From the NCBI GenBank assembly GCA_036834225.1, contig DAITOH010000002.1, positions 1 through 37,154 of the forward strand: a stretch of 37,154 nt of DNA, read 5' to 3'. Source of the stretch: Thiobacillaceae bacterium (lineage in GTDB: Bacteria > Pseudomonadota > Gammaproteobacteria > Burkholderiales > Thiobacillaceae). Shown here piece after piece: positions 28,373 through 37,154 of the stretch; positions within the stretch are counted from its first letter, which is position 1; each line of letters begins with the position of its first letter. The notes below the pieces were generated by a model. It had not been told where the DNA came from. It did no database searches and saw only the letters and a list, made by a program, of their open reading frames with translations. A program made the position numbers and the translations under genes.

Positions 28373-28612
28373 ATGAGCGATATCGAACAACGTGTCAAGA
28401 AGATCGTTGCCGAACAGCTGGGCGTCAATGAGGCGGATATCAAGCTGGAATCCTCTTTCGTGGACGATCTCGGTGCCGATTCCCTCGACACGGTAGAGCT
28501 GGTGATGGCCCTGGAAGAGGAGTTCGAGTGCGAAATCCCCGATGAGGAGGCCGAGAAGATCACCACCGTCCAGCAGGCAATCGACTACATCAACGCCCAT
28601 CTGAGCCGCTGA
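28373..28612 (+). CDS. acpP: acyl carrier protein
   Basis: [20 protein letters not shown] carries the phosphopantetheine Ser. GGGAG lies upstream. Confidence 0.97.
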   Translation: MSDIEQRVKKIVAEQLGVNEADIKLESSFVDDLGADSLDTVELVMALEEEFECEIPDEEAEKITTVQQAIDYINAHLSR

Positions 28613-28643
28613 GCCGTGGCCTAGCCCGACTGGAGTTTCCGTC

Positions 28644-29882
28644 TTGTCCAAGCGCAGGGTGGTCGTCACAGGTCTGGGGGTCATCTCCCCGATCGGCAAC
28701 ACGGTGGACGACGTCTGGGCCAGTCTCATGGCCGGCAAGAGCGGTATTGTTCGCATCACGCGCTTCGATGCATCCGCTTTCGCCTCACAGATCGCCGGCG
28801 AGGTGAAGGGTTTCGACGTGTCCGCCTACCTCTCCGCCAAGGAGGCACGCCGCATGGATGTTTTCATCCACTATGGGCTGGCGGCGGGTGTCGATGCCCT
28901 CAAGGACTCCGGTATCGAGGTCAACGACGCCAACCGAGAGCGCATCGGTGTGCATATCGGCTCCGGCATCGGTGGCCTACCCATGATCGAGGAGACCCAC
29001 AAGACCTATCTGGCGGAGGGTCCGCGCAAGATCTCACCGTTTTTCATCCCGTCCTCGATCGCCAACATGATCGCCGGCCACCTGTCCATCCGCTTTGGCC
29101 TGCAAGGACCGAACCTGGCCCTGGCCACCGCATGCACCACGGGCACCCATGCCATCGGCGAGTCGGCACGCTTAATCGAACGCGGAGAGGTGGATGTCAT
29201 GCTCGCCGGCGGCTCCGAATCCGCTATCTGTCCCCTGGCGATCGGCGGGTTTAGTGCGGCGAGGGCCCTGTCTACCCGCAACGATGATCCCGCCGCTGCC
29301 AGCCGCCCCTGGGACAAGGGCAGGGATGGATTCGTCCTCGGCGAAGGTGCGGGGGTCATGGTGTTGGAGGAATACGAGCATGCCAAGGCGCGCGGTGCCC
29401 GCGTCTACTGCGAGGTCATCGGTTATGGCAAGGGTGCGGACGCCTACCACATGACCGCACCGACGGAGGATGGCTCCGGCGCCGCACGCTGCATGAATGC
29501 GGCCCTGCGCGATGCCGGCATCAACCCGGAACAGGTGGACTACATCAACGCCCACGGCACCTCCACGCAACTGGGGGATGTGGCCGAGACCCGTGCGATC
29601 AAGACCACCTTCGGCGACCATGCCCGCAAGCTCATGATTAGCTCGACCAAATCCATGACCGGCCACCTGCTGGGGGCTGCCGGGGGTGTTGAGGCGGTCT
29701 TCACGGCCCTCGCCCTGGCGCGTCGTGCCATCCCGCCCACCATCAACCTGCACGAGCCCGATCCCGAGTGCGATCTGGACTATGTCCCCAACACGGCGCG
29801 AGACGCTCGCATCGAGATCGCCCTGTCCAACTCCTTCGGCTTTGGCGGCACCAACGGCACGCTGATCTTCCGCCGCGTCTGA
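28644..29882 (+). CDS. fabF: beta-ketoacyl-ACP synthase II
   Basis: [19 protein letters not shown] (Cys), HGTST and [12 protein letters not shown] are present. TTG start with GGAG 8 nt upstream. Confidence 0.95.
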   Translation: MSKRRVVVTGLGVISPIGNTVDDVWASLMAGKSGIVRITRFDASAFASQIAGEVKGFDVSAYLSAKEARRMDVFIHYGLAAGVDALKDSGIEVNDANRERIGVHIGSGIGGLPMIEETHKTYLAEGPRKISPFFIPSSIANMIAGHLSIRFGLQGPNLALATACTTGTHAIGESARLIERGEVDVMLAGGSESAICPLAIGGFSAARALSTRNDDPAAASRPWDKGRDGFVLGEGAGVMVLEEYEHAKARGARVYCEVIGYGKGADAYHMTAPTEDGSGAARCMNAALRDAGINPEQVDYINAHGTSTQLGDVAETRAIKTTFGDHARKLMISSTKSMTGHLLGAAGGVEAVFTALALARRAIPPTINLHEPDPECDLDYVPNTARDARIEIALSNSFGFGGTNGTLIFRRV

Positions 29883-29883
29883 C

Positions 29884-29900
29884 CCGGGGGTATCCCCCGG
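29884..29900 (+). other. perfect GC stem-loop directly after the fabF stop
   Basis: ccggggg-tat-cccccgg forms a 7-bp stem with a 3-nt loop. No T-tract follows (acattgccc), so this is not a canonical intrinsic terminator. Confidence 0.4.
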
Positions 29901-29913
29901 ACATTGCCCGCAC

Positions 29914-30735
29914 ATGACGCATCGATTCCCGACGCTGGTGAACGGGCAACCAGCTGCCGGGCTGTCGGTCTCCGACCGGGGTTTGATGTATGGCGACGGC
30001 GTGTTCCGCACCATCCGCGTGCATCAAGGCAGGCCCGTATGGTGGGCCGCGCATATGGCCAAACTGGCCACCGACGCCGAACGGTTGGCGATTCCGGCAC
30101 CGCCACCGGACGTCTGGGATAGGGATTTATCGACCCTGCTGGCATCGATGCCGGCCGATTGCGTGCTCAAACTGGTACTGACCCGCGGGCCAGGCATGCG
30201 TGGCTACAGGCCTGCCGGAGAGGCCATGCCCACAAGATTGCTGACCGCCTCGGCCTGGCCCACGCATATCGAAACCGTGGCAGCGCGGGGTGCCCATCTC
30301 CACCTATGCCGCCTCCGACTCTCGGAACAACCCCGACTGGCAGGTATCAAACATTTGAATCGTCTGGAGAACGTCCTCGCCGCCCTGGAGTGTGACGATC
30401 CGGCCATCGACGAGGGCCTTTTGCTGGACGCGGCCGGCCGCGTCATCTGCGGCGTCAGCAGCAACGTCTTCATCTACCGCGACGGTGCATTGTTCACCCC
30501 CCGCCTGGACCGCTGCGGAGTGGCGGGTGTGGCCCGGGCGCATCTGATCGATGTGGCCGCAGGTTTAAAGCTGGCCGTGCACGAGACTGATATCTACCTC
30601 GACCAACTCCTGGATGCGGATGAAGTGATGTTGACCAACAGCCTGATCAAGATCTGGCGTGTGGCCAGGCTCGGCGGGCGGACCTGGGATGGCCCCCGTG
30701 TGAGCGCCAAATTGCGGACCTTGCTAGATGCCTAG
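29914..30735 (+). CDS. pabC: aminodeoxychorismate lyase (class IV aminotransferase fold)
   Basis: The N-terminus RGLMYGDGVFRT, a Lys-containing IKHLNRLENV segment and the conserved position after fabF support the call. Confidence 0.85.
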   Translation: MTHRFPTLVNGQPAAGLSVSDRGLMYGDGVFRTIRVHQGRPVWWAAHMAKLATDAERLAIPAPPPDVWDRDLSTLLASMPADCVLKLVLTRGPGMRGYRPAGEAMPTRLLTASAWPTHIETVAARGAHLHLCRLRLSEQPRLAGIKHLNRLENVLAALECDDPAIDEGLLLDAAGRVICGVSSNVFIYRDGALFTPRLDRCGVAGVARAHLIDVAAGLKLAVHETDIYLDQLLDADEVMLTNSLIKIWRVARLGGRTWDGPRVSAKLRTLLDA

Positions 30736-31717
30736 GGCGCTGCTGGCTTGGCCTCTACTGCTGATCGTCGCCGTCTCAGGTTGGTTTGTCTGGTACACAA
30801 CCACGCCTACGGGCGCAGGTCCTTTCCCGGTCGAGCTGCACATACAGCGCGGCAGCACCCTCAGGGAAGTCGCCGCCCAATTGGAGCGGCACGGCATCAT
30901 CGAGCATCCCTTTGCCTTCAGTCTGCTGGGCAGACTGACCGGCAAGGCGGGGCAGATCAAGGCCGGCGGCTATCTGTTCGAGGCGCCGACCTCTCCTTGG
31001 GCGCTGTTGCGCAAACTGACCCAGGGCGAGACCCTGCTCAGTAAGATCACCATCATCGAGGGCTGGACATTCCGTCAGATGCGCGAGGCCCTGGATCGGC
31101 ATCCCGAGCTACGCAACGATACCAAGGGCATGAGCGACGCGGAGTTGCTGGCGGCCCTGGGCATAGAGGCGGCGCACCCCGAGGGTTTGTTCTTTCCGGA
31201 CACCTATTATTTCGATCGGGGCAGTTCGGACAAGGCATTGCTCCTAAGAGCCCATCATCACATGCAGCGGGTCTTGCAGGAGGCCTGGCGGGATCGTCCG
31301 CCCGGGCTGCCCTACAAGTCACCTTATGAGCTCTTGATCATGGCCTCCCTCATCGAGAAGGAGACGGGCGCACCGGAGGAGCGTGCGCTCATCGCGGCCG
31401 TCTTTCTCAACCGTCTGCGGCTCGGCATGCGGCTACAGTCCGATCCCGCTGTGATCTACGGCCTGGGGGAGCGCTTCGACGGCAATCTGCGCAAGGCCGA
31501 CCTGCTCACGGATACGCCTTACAATACCTATACCCGTGCCGGACTCCCGCCCACCCCCATCGCCCTGCCCGGCTCGGCAGCCATACGCGCGGCGATCTCT
31601 CCCGAAGAGAGCCGTGCACTGTACTTCGTGTCCAAGGGTGATGGCCGTCACCAATTCTCGAACACCCTGGATGAACACAACCGAGCGGTTGCCCGCTATC
31701 AGAAGAGCCGACCATGA
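30728..31717 (+). CDS. mltG: endolytic murein transglycosylase MltG (YceG)
   Basis: An N-terminal TM segment ([18 protein letters not shown]) and YceG-like motifs LASLIEKET and YNTY are present. It overlaps pabC by 8 nt. Confidence 0.9.
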   Translation: MPRALLAWPLLLIVAVSGWFVWYTTTPTGAGPFPVELHIQRGSTLREVAAQLERHGIIEHPFAFSLLGRLTGKAGQIKAGGYLFEAPTSPWALLRKLTQGETLLSKITIIEGWTFRQMREALDRHPELRNDTKGMSDAELLAALGIEAAHPEGLFFPDTYYFDRGSSDKALLLRAHHHMQRVLQEAWRDRPPGLPYKSPYELLIMASLIEKETGAPEERALIAAVFLNRLRLGMRLQSDPAVIYGLGERFDGNLRKADLLTDTPYNTYTRAGLPPTPIALPGSAAIRAAISPEESRALYFVSKGDGRHQFSNTLDEHNRAVARYQKSRP

Positions 31718-32325
31718 ACAGGGGGTTATTCATCACCCTTGAAGGCGTAGACGGCGCCGGCAAGAGCACACATCTCGAATGGTTAAGTGAGCAGTTTCGC
31801 GAGCACGGTCGGACGGTCCGGGTAACCCGCGAGCCCGGCGGCACGCCGCTGGGTGAGCGGCTGCGCGACCTGCTGCTGAACTTGCCCATGCATGCGGAGA
31901 CCGAGGCACTGCTGTTTTTCGCCGCCCGACGCGAACACCTGGCGCGGATCATACAGCCCGCCTTGGAGGCGGGTGAGGTGGTCATTTCGGATCGCTTCAC
32001 CGATGCCAGCTTCGCCTATCAGTGCGGTGGCAGAGGCCTGCCGGAGGCCCGCCTTGAGACGCTGGAGGCCTGGGTGCAAGCCGGTCTGCAGCCCGATCTG
32101 ACCTTGCTCTTCGATGTGGCAAGGGAGGTGGCCGAGTCAAGACGCAGCACCGTGCGCGAGCCGGACCGATTCGAGCAAGAGCGCGCCGATTTCCATGATC
32201 GGGTGAGACAGGCCTATCTGCACCGGGCGAGCCGGTATCCGCAACGCATCAAGGTCATCAATGCCAACCAGTCCGTGGAGGCGGTGCGCAGGCAGCTGCT
32301 CACCCTATTGGAGCCTTGGCTGTGA
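31714..32325 (+). CDS. tmk: thymidylate kinase
   Basis: [14 protein letters not shown] (P-loop) and DRF motifs are present. ATGA overlap with mltG. Confidence 0.95.
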   Translation: MNRGLFITLEGVDGAGKSTHLEWLSEQFREHGRTVRVTREPGGTPLGERLRDLLLNLPMHAETEALLFFAARREHLARIIQPALEAGEVVISDRFTDASFAYQCGGRGLPEARLETLEAWVQAGLQPDLTLLFDVAREVAESRRSTVREPDRFEQERADFHDRVRQAYLHRASRYPQRIKVINANQSVEAVRRQLLTLLEPWL

Positions 32326-33305
32326 GGATCCACCCCTGGAATCGGCCCCTCTGGGAGCGGCTCACACGCGATCGCGAGCGTCTACCCCATGCCCTGCTGC
32401 TGCATGGCATGGCCGGGGTGGGCAAGTATCAGCTGGCCCTGTCCTTTGCAGAGTGGTTACTGTGCGAGCGTCCCCATGCCGGCGCTGCCTGCGGTCAGTG
32501 TCCATCCTGTAACTGGTTTTCCCAGGGCGGGCATCCCGACCTGCGCATCGTGACACCCCGGGCAGAGGATGCCGATGCCGATAAACCCAAACGGGGCAGC
32601 CGGCTCATCAAGGTGGACGATGTTCGGGAGGCCACCGACATGCTGGCCTTGTCGTCGCATCAGGGCGGCTGGCGTGTCGTGCTGATCCAGCCGGCGGAGG
32701 CGATGAACGCGGCCGCCGCCAATGCACTGCTGAAAACTTTGGAGGAACCCCCGCCACGGGTCATGCTAATCCTAGTCAGTCACCAGCCGCGCAGGTTGTT
32801 GCCCACGGTGCTCTCCCGCTGCCACAAGCTGGCGGTGCCCAGACCCGATAGGCAGGTCGCCATGGCCTGGCTGGCCGAACACCCGATTACGGATGCCGAG
32901 GGCTTGTTGCTGGAAGCGGGAGGCGCACCGCTACTGGCCCTCGACTATGCCAACGCGGAGCGGATGGCGCAAAGAGAGCGCCTGCTCGAGGCCCTGGCTA
33001 AGCCGGATGCGCAAGACTGGTGTGAACTGGCCCACGCCATGCAGCATACCCTGGCCGAGTCGTGGGGCTGGCTGCTGCGCTGGATCTGCGATCTGATCGC
33101 TTGCCGTGCCGGCACTGCAGTGCGCTATTTTCCACATTATGCTGCAGCGTTAAGGACACAGGCCGCGGTCGCCGATCCGGTTCGCCTGTGGGACCTCTAT
33201 CACGAACTGCTCGATGCCGGACGCCGGCTGCAGCACCCGCTCAACGCCCAGCTGCTGCTAGAATCGTGGCTGCTCAAGTACGCTTCCATAGAGGACGAGC
33301 CATGA
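32322..33305 (+). CDS. holB: DNA polymerase III subunit delta'
   Basis: [13 protein letters not shown] parallels the E. coli HolB N-terminus. [13 protein letters not shown], a Zn module CGQCPSC and [12 protein letters not shown] are present. I prefer the GTG at 32322 (GTGA overlap with tmk); the ORF track uses the TTG at 32316. Confidence 0.9.
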   Translation: MRIHPWNRPLWERLTRDRERLPHALLLHGMAGVGKYQLALSFAEWLLCERPHAGAACGQCPSCNWFSQGGHPDLRIVTPRAEDADADKPKRGSRLIKVDDVREATDMLALSSHQGGWRVVLIQPAEAMNAAAANALLKTLEEPPPRVMLILVSHQPRRLLPTVLSRCHKLAVPRPDRQVAMAWLAEHPITDAEGLLLEAGGAPLLALDYANAERMAQRERLLEALAKPDAQDWCELAHAMQHTLAESWGWLLRWICDLIACRAGTAVRYFPHYAAALRTQAAVADPVRLWDLYHELLDAGRRLQHPLNAQLLLESWLLKYASIEDEP

Positions 33306-33673
33306 GTGAAGACGGCAAGGTGGCGCGACATCCGGCTCGGCCCGGCGTGCTGTCCCTGACCATCAGGGAACGCAGTGCCCTGTACGCGGCCTATATGCCC
33401 TACGTGAAGGGCGGCGGTCTGTTCATCCCTACCAACCGCAGCTACCAGATGGGCGACCAGGTCTTCATGCTGCTTTCCCTCATGGACGAACCCGGCAAGC
33501 TGTCGCTCTCGGGAAAGGTGGTTTGGATCACACCGGCGGGTGCGCAGGGCAATCGCCAACAAGGCATAGGCGTCCAGTTCGAGGACAGCGACAGCGGTAG
33601 GGCGGCGCGCAACAAGATCGAGAGCATCCTCGGCAACGCCATGAAATCCAACCGGCCCACGCATACCATCTGA
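33302..33673 (+). CDS. pilZ: type IV pilus assembly PilZ-family protein
   Basis: GVLSLTIRERSALYAAYMPYVKGGGLFIPT and VVWITPAGAQGNRQQGIGVQF closely match Pseudomonas/Xanthomonas PilZ as I recall them. The holB-pilZ-tatD order is as in those genera. This is an internal ATG of track ORF 33062-33673, with ATGA overlap with holB. Confidence 0.88.
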   Translation: MSEDGKVARHPARPGVLSLTIRERSALYAAYMPYVKGGGLFIPTNRSYQMGDQVFMLLSLMDEPGKLSLSGKVVWITPAGAQGNRQQGIGVQFEDSDSGRAARNKIESILGNAMKSNRPTHTI

Positions 33674-33714
33674 CCGCTGTCAGTATCCATTCAACGGCCG
33701 CTTGAGGCCTGCGT

Positions 33715-34491
33715 ATGCCCATGCTGGTGGATTCCCACTGTCACATCGACTTCCCGGATTACAAGGAGGGTGTGGAGCCCTTGTTGGAGAACATGGCCCG
33801 CAGCGGTGTCAGCCACGCACTGTGCGTGTCGGTCAGCCTGGAACGTTTTCCCGGCGTCCTGGGCCTGGCAGAACGCTACGCCAACCTCTACGCCTCAGTC
33901 GGTGTGCACCCCGATCATGAGGATGCGCGGGAGCCCGATGTCGAGGAATTGGTGCGGCTGGCGGATCACCCCAAGATCGTCGCCATCGGCGAAACGGGTC
34001 TGGATTACTACCGCAGCCCGCGCGAGGCGGTGCCTTGGCAGCGCGAGCGCTTTCGTATTCACATCCGCGCGGCTCGGGCCGCACGCAAGCCACTGATCAT
34101 CCACACCCGCCATGCCGCAGAGGATACCCTGGGCATCATGGCGGAGGAGGGCGCACAGGAGGTGGGCGGGGTGATGCACTGTTTCACCGAAAGCCTGGCC
34201 GTGGCCGAACGGGCCATGGCCATGGGTTTTTACATCTCCTTTTCGGGTATCGTGACCTTCAAGAATGCCGCCGCACTGCGTGAGGTGGCGAAGGCAGTTC
34301 CGCTCGATCGCCTATTGGTGGAGACGGACGCCCCATATCTCGCCCCTGTGCCGCACCGCGGCAAGCGCAACGAACCCGCCTATGTGCTGCACGTGGTCGA
34401 GGAGATCGCGCGGGTGAAGGGCACGGCGATGGAGACGGTCGCCGAAGCGAGCCGGGAAAATTTCTTCCGGCTTTTCAACGCAGCCTCCTGA
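33715..34491 (+). CDS. TatD-family metal-dependent hydrolase (YcfH-like)
   Basis: LVDSHCH, GETGLDYY, IIHTR, FSGIVTFKNA and ETDAPYLAPVPHRGKRNEP are present. Confidence 0.92.
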   Translation: MPMLVDSHCHIDFPDYKEGVEPLLENMARSGVSHALCVSVSLERFPGVLGLAERYANLYASVGVHPDHEDAREPDVEELVRLADHPKIVAIGETGLDYYRSPREAVPWQRERFRIHIRAARAARKPLIIHTRHAAEDTLGIMAEEGAQEVGGVMHCFTESLAVAERAMAMGFYISFSGIVTFKNAAALREVAKAVPLDRLLVETDAPYLAPVPHRGKRNEPAYVLHVVEEIARVKGTAMETVAEASRENFFRLFNAAS

Positions 34492-34500
34492 CGACGCCGC

Positions 34501-36765
34501 TCAGACCGGCTGCAGCTCCTGGTCGAAGCTGAGCCGGATCTTCCCAGTCTCGTCCACGTCCACCGTGACCTCACCGCCTTCGGACAGGCGGCCGAACAGG
34601 AGCTCGTCGGCCAGGGCCTTGCGGATGGTATCCTGGATGAGCCGCGCCATCGGGCGTGCCCCCATGAGCGGATCGAAGCCTTTCTTAGCCAGGTAAGTGC
34701 GCAGGGCGTCGGTGAAGTGGGCCTCCACCTTCCGGGCCTGAAGCTGATCCTCAAGCTGCATGAGGAACTTGTCCACCACCTTGAGGATGACGGTCTCATC
34801 CAGGGGGGCGAACGAGATCGTGGCGTCGAGACGGTTGCGGAACTCCGGACTGAACAGTCGCTTGATCTCCGCCATCTCGTCACCCTTGCGTTCTGCCACG
34901 GTGAAGCCGATACCGGTCTTGTTGAGCGCCTCGGCACCGGCGTTGGTGGTCATGATGATGACCACGTTGCGGAAGTCCGCGCGGCGCCCGTTGTTGTCCG
35001 TCAGGGTGCCGTGATCCATGACCTGCAGCAGGATGTTGAAGATGTCCGGGTGTGCCTTCTCGATCTCGTCGAGCAGCAACACCGCGTATGGGTGCTTGGT
35101 GATGGCCTCGGTGAGGAGTCCGCCCTGCTCGAAGCCGACATAGCCCGGCGGTGCACCGATCAGGCGGGAGACGGCATGCCGCTCCATGTATTCCGACATG
35201 TCGAAGCGGATCAGCTCCACACCTAGCGTGTAAGCCAGTTGTCGGGCCACCTCGGTCTTGCCCACACCAGTGGGGCCGGAGAACAGGAAGCTGCCGATAG
35301 GCTTGTTCGGATTACCTAGACCGGAGCGTGACATCTTGATCGCGGCTGACAGCGCCTCGATAGCCTTGTCCTGACCGAACACGACCGCCTTGAGATCCCG
35401 CTCCAGGTTTTTCAGGGCATTGCGCTCGTCCACCGCCACCGTCTTGGCCGGGATACGCGCGATCTTCGCGACGATGTCCTCGATCTCCTTGTTCGTGATG
35501 ACCTTCTTCTGCTTGGACTTGGGCTGGATGCGCTGGGCAGCGCCGGCTTCGTCGATCACATCGATCGCCTTGTCCGGCAGGTGGCGGTCATTGATGAAGC
35601 GCGCCGAGAGCTCGGCCGCCGCGGACAAAGCCGACTGTGTGTATCGCACGCCATGGTGGGCCTCGAAACGGGACTTGAGCCCGCGCAGGATGGCCACCGT
35701 CTCCTCGACACTGGGCTCCACCACATCGATCTTCTGGAAACGTCGCGACAGGGCATGGTCCTTTTCGAATACGCCACGAAACTCGTTGTAGGTGGTGGCG
35801 CCGATGCAGCGCAGCTGTCCACTCGACAAAGCCGGCTTGAGCAGGTTCGAGGCGTCCAGCGTCCCACCCGAGGCCGCACCGGCACCGATCAGGGTATGGA
35901 TCTCGTCGATGAACAGGATGGCCTTCGCGTTGCCCGACAGCTGCTTGAGCACGGCCTTGAGCCGCTGCTCGAAGTCTCCTCGGTATTTCGTGCCGGCCAG
36001 CAGTGCCCCCATGTCCAGCGCGTAGACGGTTGCACCCGCGAGGACCTCCGGGACCTCCCCCTCCACCACACGACGCGCCAGGCCCTCGGCGATGGCGGTC
36101 TTGCCCACGCCGGCCTCGCCCACGAGCAGGGGATTGTTCTTGCGCCGACGGCAAAGCGTCTGGATGACGCGCTGCAGTTCCTTCTCCCGACCGATGAGGG
36201 GATCGATACGGCCGGACAGGGCCTGGGCATTGAGGTTCACGGCATAGGATTCGAGGGCGGAGGCGTTGCCTGCCTCAGCCTCCTGCTCCTGACCGGTCGG
36301 CTCGGCCCGTCCGGAGGAGGCGTTCTCCTGGGGGGCCTTGGTGATGCCGTGGGAGATGTAGTTGACCACATCGAGCCGGGTGATGCCCTGCTGGGTCAGG
36401 AAGTGCAGGGCATAGGAATCCTTCTCGCCGAAAATCGCCACCAGGACGTTGGCACCCGTGACCTCCTTCTTGCCGGAGGACTGCACATGCAGAATGGCGC
36501 GCTGGATTACGCGCTGAAAACCGAGGGTCGGCTGGGTGTCTGCTTCACCCTCACCGGCGACCTTGGGCGTGTGCTTGTCGATGAAGTCACTGAGCTTGTG
36601 CCGCAGATCGTCGACATTGGCCGCGCAGGCCCTCAGCACATCTGCGGCGGATGGATTGTCCAGCATGGCCAGCAAGAGGTGCTCCACTGTGATGAACTCA
36701 TGGCGTTTCTGGCGTGCCTCCATGAACGCCATGTGCAGGCTGACTTCCAACTCCTGGGCAATCAT
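34501..36765 (-). CDS. clpA: ATP-dependent Clp protease ATP-binding subunit ClpA
   Basis: The N-terminus [35 protein letters not shown] is present. Two AAA modules are visible ([16 protein letters not shown] and [19 protein letters not shown]). The ATG at 36765 overlaps the clpS TGA. Confidence 0.95.
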   Translation of the reverse strand: MIAQELEVSLHMAFMEARQKRHEFITVEHLLLAMLDNPSAADVLRACAANVDDLRHKLSDFIDKHTPKVAGEGEADTQPTLGFQRVIQRAILHVQSSGKKEVTGANVLVAIFGEKDSYALHFLTQQGITRLDVVNYISHGITKAPQENASSGRAEPTGQEQEAEAGNASALESYAVNLNAQALSGRIDPLIGREKELQRVIQTLCRRRKNNPLLVGEAGVGKTAIAEGLARRVVEGEVPEVLAGATVYALDMGALLAGTKYRGDFEQRLKAVLKQLSGNAKAILFIDEIHTLIGAGAASGGTLDASNLLKPALSSGQLRCIGATTYNEFRGVFEKDHALSRRFQKIDVVEPSVEETVAILRGLKSRFEAHHGVRYTQSALSAAAELSARFINDRHLPDKAIDVIDEAGAAQRIQPKSKQKKVITNKEIEDIVAKIARIPAKTVAVDERNALKNLERDLKAVVFGQDKAIEALSAAIKMSRSGLGNPNKPIGSFLFSGPTGVGKTEVARQLAYTLGVELIRFDMSEYMERHAVSRLIGAPPGYVGFEQGGLLTEAITKHPYAVLLLDEIEKAHPDIFNILLQVMDHGTLTDNNGRRADFRNVVIIMTTNAGAEALNKTGIGFTVAERKGDEMAEIKRLFSPEFRNRLDATISFAPLDETVILKVVDKFLMQLEDQLQARKVEAHFTDALRTYLAKKGFDPLMGARPMARLIQDTIRKALADELLFGRLSEGGEVTVDVDETGKIRLSFDQELQPV

Positions 36766-37073
36766 CGGTTTTCCTCCATGACGCATTGAAGGGGATGCTG
36801 ATGGCTGCGGGCAAAATCCAGCACTTGATGGACCTTGGTTTCGGCGATATCGCGCGGGAACACCCCTGCCAACCCCACCCCCTCATTATGCACTTTGAGC
36901 ATGACAACGGTGGCGCGTTCTCGGTCCATCCCGAAAAAACGCTGCAGCACATGGACCACGAACTCCATCGGCGTGTAGTCGTCATTGAGCAGCAGCACCT
37001 TGTACAACGGGGGCTGTGATGAGACGACGCGTTCCGATTCGACGACCTGTTCGTCGAGATGCCTGACTGCCAT
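36762..37073 (-). CDS. clpS: ATP-dependent Clp protease adaptor ClpS
   Basis: [27 protein letters not shown] is the ClpS core. I prefer the ATG at 37073 (103 aa) over the TTG at 37118. Confidence 0.9.
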   Translation of the reverse strand: MAVRHLDEQVVESERVVSSQPPLYKVLLLNDDYTPMEFVVHVLQRFFGMDRERATVVMLKVHNEGVGLAGVFPRDIAETKVHQVLDFARSHQHPLQCVMEENR

Positions 37074-37154
37074 GGCTGCCGGATAAGTTGCGGATAGGTC
37101 TAAGGAAGGTCTGCACAACCTGCTGCGCGTACGGATCGCTGCGTTGCGCGGTGT

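Noticed and set aside
28141-28431. 96-aa and 71-aa ORFs (28141-28431 and 28157-28372) in the fabG-acpP spacer.
   Set aside because: Composition is implausible, there is no ribosome-binding site, and one runs into acpP out of frame.
33326-33340. RHPAR (RxxxR) in PilZ as evidence for c-di-GMP binding.
   Set aside because: The partner (D/N)xSxxG motif is absent at the canonical spacing, and the family this protein resembles is known not to bind c-di-GMP.
1-37154. Scanned the whole window for CRISPR-like spaced repeats, tRNA or rRNA genes, IS or integrase genes, toxin-antitoxin pairs, reverse transcriptases and nuclease or ATPase defence modules.
   Set aside because: None was found. Every ORF over 100 aa that is not a shadow frame is a housekeeping gene or one of three hypothetical proteins. 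Intergenic space is too small to hide an array or an RNA gene larger than about 250 nt.

Overview
GC-rich window with gammaproteobacterial-type synteny, almost entirely conserved housekeeping genes in four strand blocks. Calls rest on motifs read from the supplied translations and on remembered gene order; no searches were run.

(1) 6-999 (-): an exported hypothetical protein and an NlpC/P60 peptidase.

(2) 1132-17257 (+): a helical hypothetical protein and an ABC1/UbiB-family kinase. These are followed by serC, a serA-like gene, pheA, hisC, tyrA, aroA, cmk, rpsA, ihfB, lapB, pyrF, ugd and cysM. Many junctions overlap by 4 or 8 nt.

(3) 17305-23342 (-): split biotin carboxylase (pycA/pycB-like), maf (yceF-like), an RsmI-like methyltransferase and an orphan J-domain protein.

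(4) 23444-34491 (+): the classic yceD, rpmF, plsX, fabH, fabD, fabG, acpP, fabF, pabC, mltG, tmk, holB, pilZ, tatD cluster. It converges on clpA-clpS (-) at 34501-37073.

I found no tRNA or rRNA genes, CRISPR array, transposase, integrase, phage gene or recognisable defence gene, and nothing I can defend as a new multi-gene system. The items most worth a second look:
- the centrally placed J-domain in a coiled-coil-like protein (17305-18564)
- the helical protein plus ABC1 kinase pair (1132-3454)
- the unresolved substrate of the split carboxylase inserted at the maf/yceD junction
- Ser at the AroA residue equivalent to E. coli Pro101
- two atypical spacers in the fab cluster

The many long alternative-frame and antisense ORFs in the track look like GC-rich shadow ORFs.
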